This document shows positions 38,747 through 45,530 of a stretch of DNA of 57,093 nucleotides, one piece after another. The notes under the pieces are model-generated. The model searched no databases. It was not told where the DNA came from and saw only the letters and a list, made by a program, of their open reading frames with translations. This stretch comes from a virus. Taxonomy: Duplodnaviria > Caudoviricetes. Each line of letters begins with the position of its first letter. Within the stretch, counting starts at the first letter, position 1. Both the position numbers and the translations under genes were made by a program. The DNA lies in IMG/VR virus record IMGVR_UViG_3300025168_017853, positions 1-57,093 of that record; one strand, 5' to 3'.

Positions 38747-39484
38747 TTAGCTTCTATCTGGTATTACTGTAGCAGCTGTTGCTGCCATCCCTATAATTCC
38801 AGTTAATGCGCTCGCGCTAATTATAAATCCTTTTACAAAGTTTCTAGCAGTTGACTCTTCAACACCTAAATATTTTGAAGCTACTCGTGCAGCAAACTTT
38901 TCAACACCATCAGACATATTGACACCGGCCTCATAAGCTTCTTTAACAAATTCAGCTATCTGTTCACCAAGCGCTACTAGAAAACTTTCTGCCATGTTCT
39001 CTAAATTTGCAGGTTTTCCTTCCAATGCGGATGCAGATATAGTTCTACCTATCGCTTTTGCTTGAGGTCCAGCAACGACTCTTACTTTATCAATAAAGCC
39101 ATCTTTTCCGATCGAAGAAGGCATGTAAAGATAAGGGTCACCACTTCTTCCAGAAGCAGGAAGCTCCATCATTCCAGAATCCCAGTACTCAGAAAGCCCT
39201 CTCCAGATATAGTAGTTTTTCTTAGACAAGTCTTTCCCGGTGGCTTTTGCGATTCCTTCCATCGCATTTTTCTCCATGCCTATTGCCTTCCCGTCTTTTC
39301 TTGTGCCCATTCCGTATTGTGTCCCAGACATGTGAATTAGTATGGCATCCTTGTTACTGCCGTCTGGCACTAGCAATCCATTCTCTCTTTTGCCGCCTAA
39401 ACCTGACATGATTTGATCATAACCATCCTCGTTTAAGATTGCAGACTCTATTAGTCGTCTTAGTTGACTTCTTGATATTTTCAT
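38747..39484 (-). CDS. Hypothetical protein with MKI-type leader and hydrophobic C-terminus
   Basis: MKISRSQLRRLIESAILNE. Confidence 0.8.
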   Translation of the reverse strand: MKISRSQLRRLIESAILNEDGYDQIMSGLGGKRENGLLVPDGSNKDAILIHMSGTQYGMGTRKDGKAIGMEKNAMEGIAKATGKDLSKKNYYIWRGLSEYWDSGMMELPASGRSGDPYLYMPSSIGKDGFIDKVRVVAGPQAKAIGRTISASALEGKPANLENMAESFLVALGEQIAEFVKEAYEAGVNMSDGVEKFAARVASKYLGVEESTARNFVKGFIISASALTGIIGMAATAATVIPDRS

Positions 39485-39501
39485 TTTAACTCCAAAAAAA
39501 T

Positions 39502-39528
39502 GCCCTGTGCATTAATTATACACAGAGC
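39502..39528 (-). terminator. Terminator-like hairpin with class-B motif in the loop
   Basis: GCTCTGTG-TATAATTAATG-CACAGGGC followed by ATTTTTTT on the minus strand. Confidence 0.6.
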
Positions 39529-39555
39529 TATGAAAATATCTTAATTGAAGTTATT

Positions 39556-40002
39556 TTATTCTATTTTTCCTTCGTATCGTCGAGGCATAATCTTTCTGTC
39601 ATTACGCTTACACCACTGAAGGTATTCTTCTAGATCATTTAGCGATGTGCATACAGTCTCGCCACTTGCTGCCAACATTAGATTAAACTGTGCACCTGGA
39701 GGAAGGCCTGCGCAGAAGTAAACAATAGGCTTGCCGAGATTATGGAAGTAACCTGCTTCAAAAATACTACCCATGTCTTTGTTCCTAGTATTACAGATCA
39801 TCCAGTCACAGTCTTCCATGCCTTTGATGTTGCCGTTAAAGACCTGATCTTGAAACCCAATGTCAGAATCTTCATCACATAGATTTTCATCCTTAGGCGA
39901 GAAGTATTCTAGACCGCAGACGTCCAGCTTCGTCTTGATCATCTCAAGTTCTTCAAGCCATTCAGGTGAAAACCATCCGCTTGCAATATAGCATTTATTC
40001 AT
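39556..40002 (-). CDS. Nucleoside 2-deoxyribosyltransferase / nucleotide N-glycosidase family
   Basis: YIASGWFS, FSP, DMGSIFEAGY, FNLML. Confidence 0.85.
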   Translation of the reverse strand: MNKCYIASGWFSPEWLEELEMIKTKLDVCGLEYFSPKDENLCDEDSDIGFQDQVFNGNIKGMEDCDWMICNTRNKDMGSIFEAGYFHNLGKPIVYFCAGLPPGAQFNLMLAASGETVCTSLNDLEEYLQWCKRNDRKIMPRRYEGKIE

Positions 40003-40986
40003 TTATTCTCTTCCCATAAAGCCGTTGTATTCGCTTTTCATTTCATTGATTTCTTGCATAGAAGAATTCCAAAGATTTTCAAAAATAGTTTCAGTTCCAG
40101 GATTTTCTGTACCGTTGAGTTCTTCACGTCTAGCCTGATAAATTGTATCTTCCGGGTGGAATTCAAAGATATCATTTTTTGGTTCGGGCCAATAAAGGTT
40201 TGTGCCTCGTGAAGTAAAGTCATCGCCAACTTGAACTCTAAAGGTCTTGACATAGTGCATGTCAGGCTTGTCAAAGTTAATTGCAGAAGAAGCCTCAGGA
40301 AGGACTCTGATTAGTTCTTTTGCCATATAAGCAGCAAGAATATTATCAGCTGCAGGCTGGATTTGACGATCTTGACGTTGACGAATAAAACCAAGAAGGT
40401 CTTTTAGATTCATGCGCATAAGATAAAAAGAAGTCATGCATTTTGGTAAGATCATTCTTGCATCCATCATAGAAATATCTTTTGAATCTGTCATGTCTGC
40501 GTATAGCTGCTTAGAGTCTCTTACAAGTGCCATATATCGATCAAGAAACTCAGGAGAGTTTTCTACAGCTTCAGGAACAACAGCGCCATCGTCTCTAAGA
40601 TCTCTATCGCCTGTGCATTGTGCAGCAAAAGAACCAGCGCGGTGCCGGATAATATGAGTTACTTCTTGAAAAGAAAGGCCACTGAGTTTAAAAGTAAAGC
40701 CTAAACATTCCATGGGTGTAGGCAAAGCTCTGAAGTTGAGAACATCTTCAAGATTTTGAGACAGTTCTTGCATTCTTGTAGCTGAAGGATTGGTGCTATC
40801 TGGATGGTCTGCCCATGTCGCCTTCACATACTGCCAAGCTACATTAAGAGACTGCGATCGTGTAGGATGATCAACTAGTTCTACTTTAAGTGCAGTTAAA
40901 TTGTTTTGAAACACTGTTGACGGTAAATCGCCAAACTTTAAATCCATAGGAAGTATCACAGGCTTAAGGCTTTCATTAATTGGCAT
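40003..40986 (-). CDS. Divergent ThyX-like flavin-dependent enzyme
   Basis: THIIRHRAGSFAAQC (RHR-x7-C instead of S), DARMILP, MNLKDLLGFIRQR. Confidence 0.8.
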   Translation of the reverse strand: MPINESLKPVILPMDLKFGDLPSTVFQNNLTALKVELVDHPTRSQSLNVAWQYVKATWADHPDSTNPSATRMQELSQNLEDVLNFRALPTPMECLGFTFKLSGLSFQEVTHIIRHRAGSFAAQCTGDRDLRDDGAVVPEAVENSPEFLDRYMALVRDSKQLYADMTDSKDISMMDARMILPKCMTSFYLMRMNLKDLLGFIRQRQDRQIQPAADNILAAYMAKELIRVLPEASSAINFDKPDMHYVKTFRVQVGDDFTSRGTNLYWPEPKNDIFEFHPEDTIYQARREELNGTENPGTETIFENLWNSSMQEINEMKSEYNGFMGRE

Positions 40987-41203
40987 TATTTTTTCCTTTT
41001 TTGTTTGTTTTTACTTCGGTTCCAACAACTACTTTAAATTGAGAACCTTCAGGGCCGCATCGGCGAATCTTTACTTTTTTATAACCTTCTTTTAAAAGAG
41101 AAGACTTTAGACTTGAAGCGTCTTCGTATCTGCTAAACCTCTTTTTTTCTTTCCAGCTAAATTTTTGAGGAGTCACTACCACCTCTTTCTTTTCATATTC
41201 CAA
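40976..41203 (-). CDS. Small basic hypothetical protein
   Basis: 75-aa ORF in operon. Confidence 0.65.
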   Translation of the reverse strand: MEYEKKEVVVTPQKFSWKEKKRFSRYEDASSLKSSLLKEGYKKVKIRRCGPEGSQFKVVVGTEVKTNKKGKNNAN

Positions 41204-42095
41204 TTGCTTCTCCTATTTTTGAATAAAATTGAATGTTTTCATGATTAATACTTTTATTATAGCTTTTTATAGGTACTTTTACACAAATTCCATGCTTTGC
41301 ATATTCTAAAGCATGCTTTGGTGAATCATCAACAGCAAAAGTAATAGCGCCTGAGTCGTAATACTCAGAGTTCATACACCATCTTAGCTTTTCAGGTGAG
41401 AAATCTACTCTATCAAAGCAAAGACCGGTCGCTCCTAACCAGTAGTATGTGTCATAAAAGATCTTTAAATCTTTCTTTGGCCGTGCTGTTAGAAGCTGGA
41501 TCCAGTATCCTTGTGATCTAAGGCTAATTAGAAATTCTTTTGCGCCTTCTATTACAGGAAGATGCCTAAACTGGCTATCATTGACAAAACTTTCAAAAAC
41601 TTTTTCTGGGTTTAGACCTTCATCAGCATTTAATATTTCTTCAACAAAAAAGTACTGAGGACTTTCAACATCTGCTTCTACTTTATATTCTTGTTTTAAG
41701 AAATCTGAAAAGGGTTGTCTAAACTCTGCTAAGACATCGTCAATATCAACTATTGCAACTGGTTGTCCTTCCCACTTTTTAGAATTTGTCTTATGATCTA
41801 TGTCAAGAAAAATATCTTTAAGCAAGAATGCAGTAGAAACTTCCTCAGGGCTTATGTCCCAAAGATTTAGCATGGACATGACATATCTCAGAACATCAAT
41901 AGAAGAAAATATTAAATCGTCTTCGTGAGGAAGACCATTGTCAATTCTCATTTTTTTAATCATTTTATTGATAGAATTATAAGCATTTAGAGCTAAGTCT
42001 TTGCTTATCTCTCTTTTTCTATCGTCTGAGTCGAGCTCACCAAATTTTGTTTTATTGTACTTGGCTTGCGCTTCCATCATGTCTATAAAATTCAC
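41193..42095 (-). CDS. Degenerate MazG/dUTPase-like domain fused to HAD 5'(3')-nucleotidase
   Basis: C-term IVDIDDVLAEF, LLTARP, VDDSP; N-term helical domain resembling the upstream dUTPase. Confidence 0.75.
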   Translation of the reverse strand: MNFIDMMEAQAKYNKTKFGELDSDDRKREISKDLALNAYNSINKMIKKMRIDNGLPHEDDLIFSSIDVLRYVMSMLNLWDISPEEVSTAFLLKDIFLDIDHKTNSKKWEGQPVAIVDIDDVLAEFRQPFSDFLKQEYKVEADVESPQYFFVEEILNADEGLNPEKVFESFVNDSQFRHLPVIEGAKEFLISLRSQGYWIQLLTARPKKDLKIFYDTYYWLGATGLCFDRVDFSPEKLRWCMNSEYYDSGAITFAVDDSPKHALEYAKHGICVKVPIKSYNKSINHENIQFYSKIGEAIGI

Positions 42096-42472
42096 TAATA
42101 ACCTTCCTGTATCCTTTTCATTATAATGTCGTGCTTTAAAATATAAGCAGCTGTTAAATCATCTTCATCAAAACCAGCAGCGATAAGCAGTGAAAAGAAG
42201 TAGTTTAAAGCGTCAACTATTTCTTCTAAAAACTCTTCTCTATCCGGACCCTCATTAAATTCTGTCATTCTATGAGGCTTCCAGTTTTTTAGGTGCTGAA
42301 GTGCTTCAAACATTTCTTCAACGCCTCTAAGCGCTAGATCTCTACAAAATTGTTGTGAATCTTTTTTTCTTAGATCAACAGGCAAGTCTGGATAAGATCC
42401 AGGCCTATCTTGTTTCATTTTTTCAATAAATTCATTCCTAAGAATAAACATTTTTTCAAGATTGCACTTCAT
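42095..42472 (-). CDS. All-alpha NTP pyrophosphatase (dimeric dUTPase/dCTPase, MazG superfamily)
   Basis: EEMFEAL...NWKPH...EEFLEEIVDALNYF. Confidence 0.85.
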   Translation of the reverse strand: MKCNLEKMFILRNEFIEKMKQDRPGSYPDLPVDLRKKDSQQFCRDLALRGVEEMFEALQHLKNWKPHRMTEFNEGPDREEFLEEIVDALNYFFSLLIAAGFDEDDLTAAYILKHDIIMKRIQEGY

Positions 42473-42477
42473 AAGAT

Positions 42478-42696
42478 TTAGCTCTCGGAAACTTCGCTCT
42501 GCATTCTAACTGCTTCCTGTATCATTCGCTGCACGTTATCTTCACTTCGCTGTTCGTAATCAGGATCTAGCTCGAGACTTCCGTCTATATCTACCAAAGT
42601 CATCATTCGCATATGATCTACGACGTCGGTCCCTGTTAGCATTGCGAGCTGTACGAGTTGTGCTACGTGAGCAATTGTTGAATCACTAAGTGTCAT
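42478..42696 (-). CDS. Hypothetical protein
   Basis: 72 aa; AGGAG SD. Confidence 0.75.
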   Translation of the reverse strand: MTLSDSTIAHVAQLVQLAMLTGTDVVDHMRMMTLVDIDGSLELDPDYEQRSEDNVQRMIQEAVRMQSEVSES

Positions 42697-42758
42697 GTTT
42701 TCTCCTTCTTTGTGGTAATTTGATTATATGCAAATACCTTAACTTGTACAAAGAAGGA

Positions 42759-43487
42759 TTAATTTTTCTTTATTCTTTTTTTAATAATGTTTACCGGCCT
42801 AGTACCAACTTTTCTTTTAATTTTTCTTACTCTTTTAATTGTTGCTTCTATGTCTTTTTTGTCAAAAACGTAACCTAGGGAAGTTAAGTATTTTTCTAAC
42901 ACTTCGTTTTTGTCTTTTTCAGGTACTTTTTGCCACTGATATGCAATACTCTTCTTTTTCTTTTCAATTTCTTTTGAAAGCGCTCTATTTTTAGGAACAA
43001 TATGCTCAGTTATTTTTTCAGCTGGGATTTCAAGCCCAAGTTCAAAACCAATAAAAAGCAAACTATCATACTGCCCAGCAGCGTAGTCGCTTATTGCTGT
43101 GTTGTAATACTTGTTAAATTTTTTCACGAGAGAAGGCACACCTAAATGCATTGTCTTGTCTGGGTGTGTTGCTATTGCAATCTTTCTATAGAGATTTTTT
43201 GCCCATTTTGCTACTGTCAAATTTGTTTTTTCTTCTGTTTGTTCTGGTATTTGCACAGGAGAGGGTTGGAAATCTAACTTTTCTTCTATATCTCTATCAC
43301 CAAAAAAGTGTTGATTAAAGTCTTTTCTTTGTCCTTCTACTTCTTCAGAAAGATTTTCTCTAAAATTCGTTACATAAATTAAAAGGTCTGCTTGACCTCT
43401 TTGAAACTCATTGTTAACAACATCTATTTCTTCATAGTAGAGTTTATACTGAAGTAGGAATATTTTACTTTCAGCGTCTAAAGTCAC
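42759..43487 (-). CDS. J-domain-containing protein
   Basis: KNLYRKIAIATHPDK. Confidence 0.7.
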   Translation of the reverse strand: MTLDAESKIFLLQYKLYYEEIDVVNNEFQRGQADLLIYVTNFRENLSEEVEGQRKDFNQHFFGDRDIEEKLDFQPSPVQIPEQTEEKTNLTVAKWAKNLYRKIAIATHPDKTMHLGVPSLVKKFNKYYNTAISDYAAGQYDSLLFIGFELGLEIPAEKITEHIVPKNRALSKEIEKKKKSIAYQWQKVPEKDKNEVLEKYLTSLGYVFDKKDIEATIKRVRKIKRKVGTRPVNIIKKRIKKN

Positions 43488-43493
43488 ATTAAC

Positions 43494-43715
43494 CTACTTA
43501 AAAAATGTAATTGGCCAAAAAATGTACCTAAGCATAGATTTCTTCGTTCTAGACAACGCTAAAAGATTTTCTTGTTTTTTAAGATTTTTTGAAGAAGAAA
43601 TAACTTTTTCAATTGCTTGATTGACATCTTTTTCTAGTTTCCAAGAAAAAACTCCGACCATTATATACGAAATAACAAGGGACGACAGGATGGATGTGTA
43701 AAAAATTTCTATCAT
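43494..43715 (-). CDS. Small membrane protein
   Basis: N-terminal TM. Confidence 0.55.
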   Translation of the reverse strand: MIEIFYTSILSSLVISYIMVGVFSWKLEKDVNQAIEKVISSSKNLKKQENLLALSRTKKSMLRYIFWPITFFK

Positions 43716-44209
43716 TATCTACTCTTTAGTGCTTCAATAAGCGACATTATATCTTTGTCGGTTATTTTTGTTTTTGATTCTAAAACTTGATTTGTTTTTG
43801 TTTTTATTTTTTGAGCTGGCTTATTAAAAGAAGATTTTTTTCTTCTTTTTACTGACACACTTGAAAGACTTACTTGTGGCTTGAGAACTTCTTTCTTTTT
43901 TGTAACTGTTTCTGCAACAATTGATATGCTCTTTTCAAAATTGCCAACAAGTGTCAATGGTTTAAAAAACTTGTCTTCTACAATAACTTCTAGATTCATA
44001 TTGTATTGACCTTCTTTTAAAACATGACCAAGCGGAGGAAGCACAACACTTACTTCTTCTCCGTTGTATGTGTCAGAGTTAAAAACCAAAGACATATCTT
44101 TGTTTTCTAAAACTAATCTGCATTTTGCTGTTGCAGGACGTGTCCCTTCAATTTTAAGAGCAAACGTTAGCTCATTTTCTTCGTCTAATAAAAGATCAAT
44201 GTTTGACAT
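43715..44209 (-). CDS. Hypothetical protein
   Basis: 164-aa ORF in operon. Confidence 0.7.
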   Translation of the reverse strand: MSNIDLLLDEENELTFALKIEGTRPATAKCRLVLENKDMSLVFNSDTYNGEEVSVVLPPLGHVLKEGQYNMNLEVIVEDKFFKPLTLVGNFEKSISIVAETVTKKKEVLKPQVSLSSVSVKRRKKSSFNKPAQKIKTKTNQVLESKTKITDKDIMSLIEALKSR

Positions 44210-44540
44210 TTTTCTTATTCCTTATTTTTACAGTTTCAGCAATAACTTCTATGTCTTTTGATTTTCTATGTTCAATAGACAGTGGTGTAGCTCGCCTAAT
44301 AACTATCTCATTCTTGACAAAAGTTTTTCTTATATTTTTAGCAATTGGTCTAAATACGTCCGCTCCATTATATGAAATTAACATTGCAGATAGCCTAAAA
44401 GTCTCATTTAAGTCTTTTACAGCTCTAGAAGCTGCAGACCTCCCGGCTCGAAGTATTTTTACAACTTCAAGTGCAGGGCCAAGACCTTGCAAAACTAAGC
44501 CACCGGCTGCTCCGGTCAGACCTCTTGTTAGTACTCTCAT
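44196..44540 (-). CDS. Hypothetical protein
   Basis: 114-aa ORF in operon. Confidence 0.6.
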   Translation of the reverse strand: MRVLTRGLTGAAGGLVLQGLGPALEVVKILRAGRSAASRAVKDLNETFRLSAMLISYNGADVFRPIAKNIRKTFVKNEIVIRRATPLSIEHRKSKDIEVIAETVKIRNKKNVKH

Positions 44541-44965
44541 TATGAAGAACCGCTATAAACCCTGTCAAAAACTTCTGTGACTGAAGGTGAACCTGATGAA
44601 TTAAATAAATTGTACCTTGCAATAACTGTTTCATTGTCATCTTGAAAAAACACCATCTGTTTCTTGCTTGAGTCAACCGTCCAACGACCTGTATGGATAT
44701 ATCTTGCCATTTTTTGATCAATTTTCACTTCTTCTGTCGCAAAAACAGTCGGTGCTGATGTCACTGACCAAACAATTGATCCACTAAATTGAGGTGAAAG
44801 ATTGAGTTCAACTCCATAGATACCTGTTGTTGAACCTAGTTCATATATTCCTGTATTTGCAGAAGCAGATACTTCACTTCCAAGTGTGTCATAAAGTGCA
44901 TATCTTATGCTGCCACTAATTCCACCTACAGATCTTCCTAGATTTGTTGTTTGAAGTATTTTCAA
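44540..44965 (-). CDS. Hypothetical protein, probably virion structural
   Basis: Beta-rich, with G/S/T content. Confidence 0.65.
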   Translation of the reverse strand: MKILQTTNLGRSVGGISGSIRYALYDTLGSEVSASANTGIYELGSTTGIYGVELNLSPQFSGSIVWSVTSAPTVFATEEVKIDQKMARYIHTGRWTVDSSKKQMVFFQDDNETVIARYNLFNSSGSPSVTEVFDRVYSGSS

Positions 44966-45414
44966 CTTAGTTTCCTATTTTTCTTTTTCTCTTTTATGGT
45001 TTTTGGTCTTTTGCCAATCTTTCTAATGTCTTTTTCTTTTCTTTCTTTTGATTCTTCAATATTTAAATCCATATTTTTTAATTCTAGAATTATTGAATCT
45101 TCTGTTTGGCTAATAAGACTTTTTAAAATTTCAAATTTTCCGCTTACTTTTATTTTTTCTGTCTTGTATGACTTACTTGACAATGATATAGTATCTAATA
45201 TTTTTTTTGTCAAAGCTTCAAGGTAACTTGAAAGACCTGGGTTTGTCTTTTTATGTTCTAAGACTTGTGATAAAAGAACTTCTCTTGCGTTTGAATAGAT
45301 TGTATTTACTAAAACATCTTCTTCTGGCATTGATTTTCTTTGTTCTGATAATTTATTGTTTAAGTCTTGCAAAAGTCGTTCTAGATACTCTAAGTCTTTC
45401 ATTTTAAACCTCAC
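44962..45414 (-). CDS. Coiled-coil hypothetical protein
   Basis: 150-aa helical, K/E-rich. Confidence 0.65.
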   Translation of the reverse strand: MRFKMKDLEYLERLLQDLNNKLSEQRKSMPEEDVLVNTIYSNAREVLLSQVLEHKKTNPGLSSYLEALTKKILDTISLSSKSYKTEKIKVSGKFEILKSLISQTEDSIILELKNMDLNIEESKERKEKDIRKIGKRPKTIKEKKKNRKLS

Positions 45415-45464
45415 TTATTTCTATTAATTATACACAAAACTAAGATTATGTTTATGAAACAAAA

Positions 45465-45489
45465 CGGGGGACCACAAAGTGGTCCCCCG
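45465..45489 (-). terminator. Intrinsic terminator
   Basis: CGGGGGACCAC-AAA-GTGGTCCCCCG followed by a T-tract on the minus strand. Confidence 0.85.
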
Positions 45490-45530
45490 CAGAATTTTAG
45501 CTAAACTAAGTTTAAGCTTTCACCCTATAG

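Noticed and set aside
17276-42696. Possible paralogy between small ORFs 17276..17461 and 42478..42696
   Set aside because: Only a weak N-terminal resemblance by eye; not supportable without an alignment
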